A stretch of 64,000 nt of DNA. Source: Rhizophagus irregularis. Taxonomy: Eukaryota. The position numbers and the translations under genes are program-made. The stretch is from positions 4,092,001 through 4,156,000 of the forward strand of contig NC_089429.1 of assembly GCF_026210795.1 (NCBI RefSeq). Reading direction: 5' to 3'. The notes under the pieces were generated by a model. The model was not told where the DNA came from and did not search any database. It saw only the letters and a program-made list of their open reading frames with translations. How positions within the stretch are numbered: the first letter of the stretch is position 1; each line of letters opens with the position of its first letter. Shown in pieces: positions 13,912 through 25,689 of the stretch.

Positions 13912-15936
13912 TTATTGATTAGCTTGGCCTTGTTGCCGAGCTAAGATGAGGTTGTTTTGTTGGATTCCTTCTTTAATCGAGCCAGCCAAAGAGGCAACAG
14001 TATCGGAAAGAGAGGAGAGACGCTGTTCCATATCAATAGGGGAGGAAGGAGCAACGTTGGAAGGTGGAATGGGAGCAAAATGAGGAATCGGGAAAAAACC
14101 ACTTGTTGATTGCAAAGGGGGAGAATTAACATCAACGAGGATATTATTATCAGTTCGATTCACTGTATCATCCCATCCTTGCATAGAGGAAGGGATGTAG
14201 GAAGGAGGTTTAGTGACAAAAGGTCCAGGAATAGGAGTACGAGCAGCCATAGCAGATTCCAAATTAGTGATGCGGCTGTTCATGGTAGCAAATTGTGTGG
14301 TAAGAAGGGCTAATTCTTCAACTACTTTTTCAAGAGCAGCACCAATAGATTTCCAATCAGTAAGTACAGTAGGAGGAGCAGGGTACGTAACATCCATGCC
14401 ATCAATATAATAATCAAGTTCCTTTCCATCAGGAATGCGATGACGTTGATCATTATTATTATTATTGAGATTATCGCGATTCCATGGTCGTCGGCGTTGA
14501 GAACGAGAACGAGATTGTTGTCGGTTATTAGGTCTAGACTTAGAATGATGGCGAGAAGCATTGGTACGGCTTTGTCCATCATTATTGTTATCAGGGCGGG
14601 CAAAACGGTTATGTCGTTTAGCAGGATGAGAAGGAGGTAGATGCTTGTTATATAAAGCACGTAATTTATCATTAGATTGCCAAGGGCGAGAAGGGCGATT
14701 GGGTCTAGATGAAGAACCACATTGATCAGGGTTACAATTAGGGCGACCACATCGATGACAAAGAGAAGTGACTTCATCCGGAGAATGCCAGGTAAGGCCA
14801 ACTTTCTTGAGAGCACATGAAATAGATTTAGCATTTTCCATAGCAGTTTCAGAGGCAAAATGGCAATAGGCGTAGGGTTTGGGATTGTAAGAATTCATAG
14901 AGAAGGGAACATTGATAGATTTAGCGGAAATTTCATCAGCAATTTCAGCAAGATCGACCGATATAGTACCACGCGGAAGACCGGCAAGTAAAGCAACATA
15001 AGCGCGTCTTTCAGCGCGTTGGTCAGGAGAGAAGGTAGCGGGGCAGATACGCAAACAATGTCCTCCACAAAGGACGCCCCAGGTAGAGTCGAGGTTCTGT
15101 AAAGCACAAGTAGATTCAAAGGTAATGTATGCAGTACGATAAAGTTTAGATAAATGGGTATGGCAACGAGTAATATTGCCGTAACGAGAAAAGGTACTAC
15201 GCAAAAGAGCGTCAGTTAGAAAAAGGGGGATATCGGTAACCACCAGGGTACGCGCGTGTTCATCAGCCTTAATAGCCTGGGGGTCATATGCATGGAAATG
15301 CAAGCCAAACAAAGAATCCATAGGGGAGGCTGTGGCGGTGTCAAGATCTTCCTTTTTTCAGAAGTGGACAATGATCCTCTTCAAATCGTTGGATCCACTA
15401 CACGTGGCATGACTACCATAAGAGGAGAACAAGGAAAGTTGTCGATCAACCGCATCGCACGCGTCGCGGTTCGAAGCGAAGTGATTCCAAAAGCCATCAA
15501 CGTCATTAGGAGCGGCCGAGGCATAGAAAAGTGTAGGTTGAGATTGTACTGCAGCTTGGGACACGTCCGGAGAGGCAGCCCGTTCAGGGAAAGAGACTGC
15601 GGGAGTAATTTCAGGGCTTTTGCCTTTATCGTTGTTGTTAGCAGGGGCGTGTTGCGAAGCATCGAGAGAGGAGGTATCGGGTTGAGAAGGTATCTCAGTG
15701 GAAGTTGTCTCAACAGGGCCAGGAGGCGCGAGAGGTTTATCAACATCCATGACAGAGTCGTCAGCACTGACTCTGGTACGTTTATTAGTAGAGGTGGTCG
15801 AAGGTGGAGTGTTCGAAGGGCCTGACATAGAGGAACCTTGACCAGAAACGTTGCCAGTTGGAGAGCTAGAGGCAGGACGTTTAGATGTAGTATCTTTGTT
15901 AGACTGGTTATTTTTCTTTTTGTTATCTTTACCCAT
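13912..15936 (-). pseudogene. LINE ORF1 (RRM plus Cys/His motif), one in-frame stop
   Basis: ORFs 15358-15936 and 13912-15321 are in the same frame, joined through TGA at 15358. RRM-like RTLVVTDIP...FSRYGNI...AYITF; CHRCGRPNC. Confidence 0.85.
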
Positions 15937-16751
15937 TTGTAAAGTGTCGTAGTAGTTATCTAAAATAAAGAAATTATAAAGAAAAAGTAATAAAAAACTC
16001 CGAAAAAATTTTTTATTTTTTCGTAAATATTGTCAAGTGAGCAGAACGGGAGAGAGTTAGTTTTAGTTTTAGTTTTATCCTTTTGCTATCACTGGCTGAT
16101 GAGTTATTCAACAAAATGTTAAGCATCGGCATTATTATATTTCTTGATTTACGTTTACTGCGCCATTTAACATTTTGCTAAATTTCTCGGTACCTAGTGA
16201 TTGTAAAAAGACGATTAATAGCTCGTTGGAATCGCCTCATCAAGACGAATCGAATGGTGGTAAGCTCATCTCTCTGTGATCAATATCGACGGAGTTACTA
16301 CTTAAAAACCATTTAATATTTTTTAATTTCGGAAATTGATCTAGTGATTGGATTTCAATGTTTTTTATACCATTAGATTCGTCGCATTAAGACGAATCGA
16401 ATGGTAGTAAGATTGTCTCTCTAGGATCAATATTGGTAGAGTTATTACACAAAAACCATTAATATTTTTTTAATTTCGGAAATTAATCTAGTGATTGGAT
16501 TTCGATGTATTTTATACCATTAGAACCGTCTCATCAAGACGAATCGAATGGCGGTAAGATCATCTCTCTACGATCAATATTGGCGGAGTTACGATACAAT
16601 AAAGTTTTGAGTATAATTTTAGCTAAAATTATGTTAATTTTTGGCCGGAATTATGATATACTAATATAAGAAATTTTTTATATAGTCACATCTCTTTATA
16701 ATCACCAAATATGGACTGTCCCAAATGTGTGACTATAAAGAGAGTTGACTG

Positions 16752-18135
16752 TATTTTAATTTTTTTTGTAGGTTTCTTTCAGTTCTTGGGCGTTAGATTT
16801 ATATGGTGAGTTTTGAAAAGAATCGAAACTTTAAAAATAATTAATTTTTTTTTAATTTTTTCTTTCTTATATTTTGTAGGTTCTTTCGGTTATAGGTCTT
16901 TGGATATATGGGTAAGTTTCGAAGTAAACTTCGAAACTTTTAAAAAAAACATTTTTTTTTATTTTATTTTAATTTTTTTTAATTTTTTTTGTAGGTTTCT
17001 TTCAGTTCTTGGGCGTTGGATTTATATGGTGAGTTTCGAAAAGAATTGAAACTTTAAAAATAATTAATTTTTTTTTAATTTTTTCTTTCTTATATTTTGT
17101 AAGTTCTTTTGGTTATAGGTCTTTGGATATACGGGTAAGTTTCGAAGTAAACTTCGAAACTTTTTAAAAAAAAACATTTTTTTTAATTGTTTGTTTTTTC
17201 TATTTTGTAGGTTTCGGCTGTCGGTTATTAGGCATTGGATATACGGGTGAGTTTCGAAGTAAATTTCGAAACTTTTAAAAAAAAACATCTTTTTAATTGT
17301 TTCATTTTTTTATTTTGTAGGTTTTGGCTTTCGGTTCTTGAGCTTTGGATATATGGGTAAGTTTCGAAGTAAACTTCGAAACTTTTAAAAAAAAACATCT
17401 TTTTAATTGTTTCTTTTTTCTATTTTGTAGATTTTGGCTTTCGGTTATTGGGCATTGGATATACGGGTGAGTTTTGAAGTAAAACTTCGTAACTTTTTTT
17501 TAAAAAAAATATTTTTTTTAATTGTTTGTTTCTTTTTTTCTATTTTGTAGGCTACGACTTTCAGTTATTGGGATTTGGATAGGTGAGTTTCGAAGCTTTA
17601 TTTTCTTTTCGAAACTTTAAAAAATAAATTTTTAATTTTATTTATTTATTTTTTTTATTTTGTAGGTATCGGTTGTGATATCCTTGGGCTTTGGATAGGC
17701 GAATTTTGAAATTTTGCTTCTTTTCGAAACTTTTTTAATAAAAAACTAATCATTTCTTTCCTTTTTTTGTAGGTTTCCACTTCGAACTTATATTGAACAA
17801 ATCGTGTAAGTTTCATATTTCGAAATTATTTTTTTTTTATCAAAAAACTTTAATTAATCGTTTCTTCTTTTTTTTTGTAGGTTTCCACTTTGAATTTTTG
17901 GTTGGATAAGTTTCGAAAATATTTCGAAACTAAAATTTTTTTTATTAAAGAATCGGTTTACTAACCGTTTCTTTATTTTTTTTTGTAGATTTTCTTTCGG
18001 ACTTCTATTGAATGGGTAGGTTTTGAATCTTCAAAATTTTGACCTTTTTTTATTGAAATAATAACGGTTTACTAACCGTTTCTTTATTTTTTTTTGTAGG
18101 TTTCTCTTTCAGACTTTCATCAGATAGAGTAAGTC
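16752..18135 (+). repeat. Intron/micro-exon tandem array, right part (about 13 units)
   Basis: Same AG/core/GT unit as 4030-4583, diverging progressively towards 18135. Confidence 0.75.
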
Positions 18136-18147
18136 GTAGATAATTTT

Positions 18148-18312
18148 AGATGAGTGGATGATGGTGAATGATAATGAATGATGGATGGTGGATGATGGAT
18201 GGTGGATGATGGGTATGTGGACAATAGTTGATGGTGGTTGACGATGGTTGACAATGGAATGGTGAATGATGAATGGTGAATGATAGATGGTGGATGGTGG
18301 ATCGGATGGTAG
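18148..18312 (+). repeat. GATG/GATGGT-rich low-complexity tract
   Basis: Repeated gatggatggtg / gaatgat motifs. Confidence 0.7.
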
Positions 18313-18697
18313 GTGTAAATAGCAGATACTGTAGATATTAGTTATTTAATATTATAATTTTTAATGTGTAATTTTAATAAAGCGAAATAATAAAATATAA
18401 TCAATTGACTAAATACATAAAAATCATTAACAATTAGACAAAATTAGACTTAATTTTGTCCAACATTCGGCAATTTGAAATTTGGACGAATGTTTAGTAA
18501 AAGGTTGACGAATAGTTTATTTCCAATTTTTTAATGAATTTTTGCCAATTTTTGATTGCCAAGTGGCAGGCGAACTGTGCAAATCGTCAATAATAATTTT
18601 GACGATTTTTTTGGCAATGATCGGCCAAAATTAGACCAACTTTCGTCTAACATTCGTCAATTTGAAATTTGGATGAAATGGACTATTCTGACCAGTG

Positions 18698-20883
18698 GTA
18701 GATTCAAACCAACGCGTATGAATGAAACCCATATGGAATAACGCTTTATCAGATTGAAGTAGAACCTGATACTGATGTCGACATGGCATCCCTTGGTTAA
18801 TAATGTACATGCATGTACAAAATGATGTTGAATCTGCAAGAATTGCTACGTAGTGTGGCTTAGCTGTTAAGGATGTCATCGTTATATAGTGAACTTCCCA
18901 TATTTCCTGGATTTCATTATTATCTATATTTGATAGAAGTTCTTGCAACCTGATTTGCGGAATGTCATATATATGTTCAACAATATCCTTCGGAATATCA
19001 GGTTCGCTAATCTTTAATAAGTATATCAATTGGATTAGTATACTACTGAACATCATACTAAAAGTTTAAAAATTTGTTTTATAGCCACTTACCTGATCTA
19101 TTGTGATTAATGTTCCTTGGTATAATAACGCCTGTTTCATTTGTGCTCTCTAAAGTGACAATAGTATAGGTGTTAAACACTCTTTTAATATAGAATCAAT
19201 GTCTTTAAAGATGGTTTCGTATGTTGATGGAAGACCAATTGACGGATTTGACCCATAATAATTATTAAGATGGCTGTAATGTGCTTCTTTGTCTAATTCT
19301 CGTTCAACTTCTTTTACTAGCTCCTTTAAAAGTGTACCTCAGTCAAAATGCTTTTTAAGAACACCATTAATGGATTTAATCCGTTGAGTTGACTCAACCC
19401 CTGCTGTAAATATCTTTCCAATGGAATACCTCGCCCATGACTCTAGACTTGGGTAAAGTTTATTTTCAAGGTAAGCTCGACATGGCTCATATTTTGTGAG
19501 CATTTCTTTGTATCTTGATTCGAATTGACACTGCGTATAGCTATTGCGCATGTGGTAAAAATCCTCAATAAAATTATTGATTATCTACCCACGCAATTTA
19601 GACTTGGCTTTCTTCTTTACATTTTCTGTAATATGGTAGATACATAGCAAGTGTCGAGTTTGTGGATAAGTCATCTGGACAGCACCTAACATCGCCGGAT
19701 CTCCATCTGTAAATAGCACAACAGGTGAGAGATTACTTGTGGCTTCTAATGTGCATTGCAATATCCATTTATAATCAGCCAAAGTTTCGTATTTTGTTAA
19801 TGCTTGAGCGAGGATCCTTGTTTTAAAGTTGCTATCAATACCAACAAATAAGCTAAGGGCTATTTCGTATCGATTTGTCTTGGCTGTATTGTCGTGTATG
19901 ACAACATCATGATATTTAGGCCAAAGCTCGTTACGTTGCTGACTTGTTATCCAGAACAGTCCAGTTAGTTCATTTGAAGGTCCTTCCAATTGTGTTTTAA
20001 CAATAAAATCAGGATCCTTGTCATGTTGTTCCATAAGATATGAGAACATCGTTTTTGCATCAGATTCATCATGAATTCTAACCCCTCAGAACTTTTGAAT
20101 TGCATTATATAGATTCTTTTTCTTTATATGATGTTGAGGAAATTCTTTTAGGAGAAGATCGTACTGTTGACCAGCACTTAAATGTCCATTGACGGTATAA
20201 TGTTCAATTTTATCCAGCATTGCTTGCGGAAAATGTTGATTCTTAGATGCAAATTCTATAGTTACTGGATCACATTGATGATTATGGACATTGTTGAATT
20301 TGCTAAAATGTATAGTAGCTGCACGTTTTCCAAAATAGAATGATGCTTGCCATGGACATTTTGTTTTGGTTGTGGTAGCATCATGATGTAAAGTAATATC
20401 CTCTACCTTCTTCAGTTTATTGGTTCCTGATTTCCAATAAGTATAGACACGTCACCGAACAATCGTTTTGTCAACATCATCAAAGTCTTTACGGATTTTA
20501 ATAGCAACGAAACCAGTTTGTCTTGCATGCTGATTGACAATTACATCAACTTCATTCCAGTCTTTAAAGGTATCGTTAACTTTTAGTATTGCTTTGTTAA
20601 CATTCATATCATTGATATAATCTCCATTTGTAATACTTTCAAATTCAGGTGGTATATTTTCGTTCATATCATCTATAACTACCGTGTTTGTAGTTTGGGG
20701 TGATGACTGAATTTGATATTCGGACTCCATAAGGTAGAAATTAATACTTTCAAATTCAGGTGGTATATTTTTGTTCATATCATCTATAACTACTGTGTTT
20801 GTAGTTCGGGATGATGACTGGACTTGATATTTAGACTCTATAAGCGACATAAGGTAGAAATTTCTAAGTTTATCAAATATCAA
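18698..20883 (-). pseudogene. MULE transposase, N-terminal/core part (FAR1-like, DDE, SWIM)
   Basis: FKDWNEVD..HARQTGF; HDNTAKTNRY; FTDGD; CIYH; STQRIKSING; SWIM CTCMYIINQGMPCRH. Several stops. Confidence 0.88.
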
Positions 20884-21885
20884 ACGCGTTTGATACTCCT
20901 TTACCTAAGTCTTTTTTTATTGATGTAGGTTAGGAAGGTAAAGAAAATTCAGACGTCTATCAAACACGACACTCTTCCCTTCAAAAGTCCTATCAAACTT
21001 ACAAGAAACTAGCAATAATAGACCTGCCAAGAGGCTGAGTGGGAAAAATCAATTGCGAACAATACTACAATAAACAATAACGCAAATCACGTGATAAGGG
21101 TAAAATAGGGAGAAATCAATTACGCGCACATGTAACACATGTTTGTATGACAATTATAATAATTATAATTTTACGCGATATATAATAACACATGATACTG
21201 GTGATGATCACCGCCGGTGATTTATAGCAAAATTAATAAATATTTATGAGATTTATAATTTTATTTAGAAACCCACAGGAGAGGATTCTAATGAAAGAAA
21301 TAATAATTTGTTTGCACCATATCCAAATATATCTTCCAGAAACTTATTAATAGGAGACGAAACATCTAATCAGGAAACAGATGATATTCGTGCTTTTTTA
21401 CGATCTGAAGAAGTAAAAGGAAGATTAACAGCTGTTTCTACAGCTAGTAGTTCAATTAATAGATTGAATTTTAACCTACACAAAGAAAGTAGTAAATACA
21501 AATTAAATTTCAAAGGAAAAACTAAAAAAAATAAAATTAGGGCAATTTCTTTTGAATTTACTTTAATTTCTAAAAGGAGTATTTCATCCATCCCAAAAAG
21601 AGGAAACGAGTTGTAAGTTTTTTTCAGCTGTTTTTAATTTGCTCTTTCTGCTTCATTAAAATTTAACATATAATTAATTATAGGTGGGAACAGTTAATGA
21701 CGCAAAATCTTCTTTTGCAAAAAATTACTTTTAACAATGATGGTGAAAATTATGTTAACAATCAAGTTGTTGCAACATTTCCTTGTTTAATCGAAACTGG
21801 TTGGCAATGCTTTAAAGCAAAAAATACTAGTGATCTTGAAGAAATGCCTTTTGAACCAGAAAGTATTAAAGATCTTAATTATATC

Positions 21886-22180
21886 AGGACCCCGGATATC
21901 TAATATAAAGGTCATAATGGACTTTTGGCCAAAAACACCCCTTTTTGCTGAAACTCAAAAAATCGTTTTTTGTAAATATCTCAGCATCCAGTAATTCAAT
22001 TTTAATGAACTTTTTTTTATTTTGTAGCCCTCATTTAGCTCTACAATTTAAAAAAAGTTCATCAAAATTGGACCACTGGATGCCGAGATATTTACAAAAA
22101 ACGATTTTTTGAGCCCTGAAAAATGGGCCAATCTGCCGAAAGTGTGACTTATGACCTGTTTTGGAGATATCCGGGGTCCT
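21886..22180. mobile_element. MITE with 8-bp TSD, inserted in HECT gene exon 3
   Basis: TIR AGGACCCCGGATATC/GATATCCGGGGTCCT, TSD ATTATATC, long internal palindrome. Confidence 0.9.
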
Positions 22181-24984
22181 ATTATATCAAAAGGTAATTA
22201 TTATAAGATAGCTAAGTTTCACTGATGATTTAAATTCTAAAGTTTTATATACGAAGTATTGATTTTTATTTAATTTAATTTTAATAGAGCGTCAACGAGC
22301 AAATCTAAAGTTTATATCAAACCCGTTATTGATAATCTATGTGAATTATCTGAGTCATCTGATAATTCATCAGATAATTTTTCAACCATTTCTTTAACTG
22401 AAGAAGAAATAATTGAACCACCCAATGGCTCTCTCCAAGATTTAATGAAACATTTTAAATATAAATTACAAGATCAATATTATACTGATAATAATATAAC
22501 AATCATTTTTATTAATGAAAATACTATTGTAGAGTCGTTAATTGAATGGGCTAAAAATGCTGATGATAAAGACCTATTGCAACGTCCATCAATTGATCTT
22601 GCTTTAGAAGAGTAAGTAATTTAACATTATCATTATTAATTCATATTTTTGATTCTAAGCTTAATTATTTTTAAAAAAAATTTTATTATAAAATTTTCAG
22701 TGTTACAGATACCGGAGGAGTATTCAAACAAGTAATTTCAATATTTTGGAATAAAGTACTGGATTGTCAGCTGTACTTTACAGATGGATTAATTGATAAT
22801 TCACCAGAATGCCATACACTTGGTATACTTTTATTTTAGACCATTTTACATTATGGACAATGGCCCCAATGGTTGAATAAATTCCATATCCAATATTTGA
22901 TCGATGAAAAAATTGAACACGAAAAGATTTTGAAAGAATGCAATCCTATTTTCTATAAATTGGTTCGTCAATTAAAGAAAAAGAAGTCTAATTTTAATGA
23001 TTTATTACATTCTTGGATGAACAACTGTGATATTAATGTAAGTATAATTAATTTATAACCTAATTTTAGAATTTTTTTTAGAACATATGACGATTTATTA
23101 ATGAAAATAATTTTTTTAATTATTATTTAATATTTAATATTAGATTGATCATATCAAAACTTTAAATAATAATGAAGCTGCTTCTTATGTAGCTAAATAC
23201 GAAGTCATTACAATTAGGAAAAATGCTCTTGATGATTTCAAACTAGGATTTAACAAATTTAATATCATCAATGTAAGTCTAATATTTAAATTAATATTTT
23301 TAGTTATAATTAATTACAATTAATTAAACTCCTCTTTTTAGGAATTAAAAAATTACAAATATCATAATATAGTTCGTGAATTATACTATAAAATTACATA
23401 TAATATCGTAATTGATCAATTCGATTCTGAATACATTGAACTACAAGCACAATCACATAATAAACCACAATATCGACTATTATATGAAGAATTTAAAGAA
23501 TTATTAAGATCAATGGATGAAGAAGAGCTTAATAATGTTATGAAGTTTGCAATTGGATCTAGTATTATTCCAGCATTACCAAAAATCAAAGTATATTTTT
23601 TTAATGAAATATCTTGTTAAATTTATTTAAAATATAATAATTTACTTATTTACTTTATATTTTCAGATTTCGTGGGTCAAGCTTAATACAGATGAAGTAA
23701 AACTATGGCATAATAGGTTACCACACGCTTCTACATGTGGAAATCTTTTAACCTTTTGTGAAAACTACGAAATATCGCCACAGGGGTTCAATACTTTTAA
23801 GGAGGACTTACGTAGTGGATTTATAAATCATGAAGGTTTCTCAGAACCAGTTTATTCAAGAAACTATAACAGTAATTTCATTTTACAGAATGAAATTAAT
23901 AATGAATTGGAATTTTCAAGTTCACAGCTTAATAATACAGCAACTGGAACGCTTGTTCAACCAACATCTAATATTAATTCTGGCAATTCAGTTGAGAATG
24001 CCATTCCCGTTGATGCATTAGAGTTAAGCACAGATTCTTATCAGGTGATAATTTAATTAATTTTATCATTAGATAATTATTATTTAAATTATTTAAATTA
24101 ATATACAACATTTTAACCTTTAGAATGTTAATTCAAATATTCCGAATGTAAGACAAATGGTAACATTCCGTTGGGTTAATGTAACCAATCCACTAGAACG
24201 TAGAACTAGGAGGGAGTCTGCTGAGTTTTAAAGTAAAAGCAAGAACATAACCTTGCTAAACTCCTTTGTCCTAATTTTTGAGCATTAGTCAGATTGTTTC
24301 TTAATAATAATTAGGTTAATATCATCAAATTACATGAAATAATGCACAGAAATAAATTTCATATTTTTCTAACAAATTTTGTTAAAATTGGATAAACTTA
24401 TAAATGTAAATATTTTTTATTTACTGTCCATTATTAATTGACAAGAATATGCAACATAGATTACACCCCGATCCAACCCATAAAGATAATGCTGAAATTA
24501 ATAAAAATTGAAATGAACATTATTAAACGATCTTATATTAAAAAATTATAATATCCCCCTCTCACATTACTTTGAGAAGCCATGGCTGTTCTACAAACAA
24601 ATAAAAAGAACATCAGTAATAGTAATATTCAAACCCAAGATAAAAATTTCGTTAAACTCATCCCTACTTACAATTCCCAAAATAGAAAAAAATGAAAAGG
24701 AACATCAGTAACGTTCCCAATTAAAAAAAATTCTCCCTTCCCATTCAACATACAATTTCAAAGTACTAGTATCCAAGAAGTTGAAGTTCACGTCCAAGAG
24801 GTGTATCTAAAGAAAAAAAAGAAAAGGGAATGTTAATAACGTTCCCAATTCAAAAAAAAAAAAATTTTTCTTAAATTCAACTTACAAAGTAGTTTTATAA
24901 AAAAAAATAATAATAAGTACAGAACAAAATAATTTAATAGGTTTAAAAAAAATAGGGTTAAAAAATAAATAAATAAATATATAA

Positions 24985-25184
24985 CACACGTCAAATGACC
25001 AAAAATAGGCAAAAAAAATGGCGCAAATCGCATAAACTATTCGCAAATTTGTATAAACTATTTACAAATAGTATAGGTTAATTCGTAAATAGCCAAAAAC
25101 AGCCAAGAATAGCCAAGAATAGCCAAGAATAGCCACTGCTTTTCGCGCCATTTTTTTTGCCGATTTTTAGCATTTCGACCTGTG
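24985..25184. mobile_element. Small MITE, CAC...GTG termini, TAA TSD
   Basis: About 45-bp imperfect TIR (AAAAATAGGCAAAAAAAATGGCGC vs GCGCCATTTTTTTTGCCGATTTTT). Internal AGCCAAGAAT x3. Confidence 0.7.
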
Positions 25185-25689
25185 TAAATTCAATGACCGT
25201 TATTTAAAAAAAAAAAAAAATAATATAGAGATCAGTAAATCATATGACCGATATCAACGTTTACTGTAACTATTTGGTTAATTCAATCATCACTAGCCAT
25301 CATCCTACTTAAACAACTAAGTTTTTTAAACAATTTAAATGTTCTATTGCATGTTCTAATATTCTATCCATACTAATCCATTATTTCAGACACCATGATC
25401 TTGCGATCATATTTGATTTACATTATTTGCCCATTTCTCATTCCTTTCAATCAACACTATAACATCTTTTTTAACACTTTCTTTCATTATTGTTCATAAT
25501 TAAATAATTATTTAAACCCTCAGACTATATTTATAATAGCTTTATCCCATTTTCGATCCTTTATATAACCTTTTATCGACATAATCCTCTAACATTATTC
25601 TTTGTTTCGTTCATTTTTTTTATCATATTTACTAATTACTATGATGACCTGCGGTTTTGTTATCACTTCTTAATTATTATTAACTAGAT

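Larger units (their letters stand above)
4881..16069 (-). mobile_element. Full-length non-LTR retrotransposon (LINE: ORF1 RRM; ORF2 APE-RT-RNase H-Zn finger)
   Basis: 18-bp TSD TAGTTTTATCCTTTTGCT at 4863-4880 and 16070-16087. Both ORFs recognisable. GC content above flanks. Confidence 0.92.
4584..16751. mobile_element. Tc1/mariner(pogo)-like non-autonomous element (about 1 kb without the LINE)
   Basis: TA|CAGTCAACTCCCTCTATAGTCAC ... GTGACTATAAAGAGAGTTGACTG|TA. Internal ~140-bp repeats at 16195-16600. Confidence 0.85.
3060..18697. mobile_element. Non-autonomous CACTG (CMC/EnSpm-like) element
   Basis: CACTGGTC...GACCAGTG termini, 3-bp TSD GTA, subterminal repeats. Its removal restores the MULE reading frame. 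Confidence 0.85.
2144..21232 (-). mobile_element. Mutator-like (MULE/FAR1-type) transposon, split by a nested CACTG element
   Basis: TIRs TTGCTATTTATCACCGGCGGTAATCATCACC (2149) and GGTGATGATCACCGCCGGTGATTTATAGCAA (ending 21230). 10-bp TSD TTAATAAATA at 2134-2143 and 21233-21242. Confidence 0.85.
1977..24231 (+). pseudogene. Multi-exon gene: Cys/His-rich N-terminus plus HECT-like E3 ubiquitin ligase domain, disrupted
   Basis: Exon 1 (1977-2096, MFGSGKCYKKDCGCQKFW...CGCDHHEAFHEQ) splices in frame to exon 2 at 21269. Later exons approx. 21684-22193, 22289-22611, 22701-23037, 23144-23272, 23342-23590, 23668-24044, 24124-24231. HECT motifs VTDTGGVFKQ, KFAIGSSIIP, LPHASTCGNLL, HEGF. Disrupted by a MITE in exon 3 and an in-frame TAG near 22838. 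Confidence 0.75.

Noticed and set aside
5273..15825. Numerous + strand and alternate-frame ORFs over the LINE and hAT
   Set aside because: Shadow ORFs of GC-richer TE coding sequence with no recognisable motifs.
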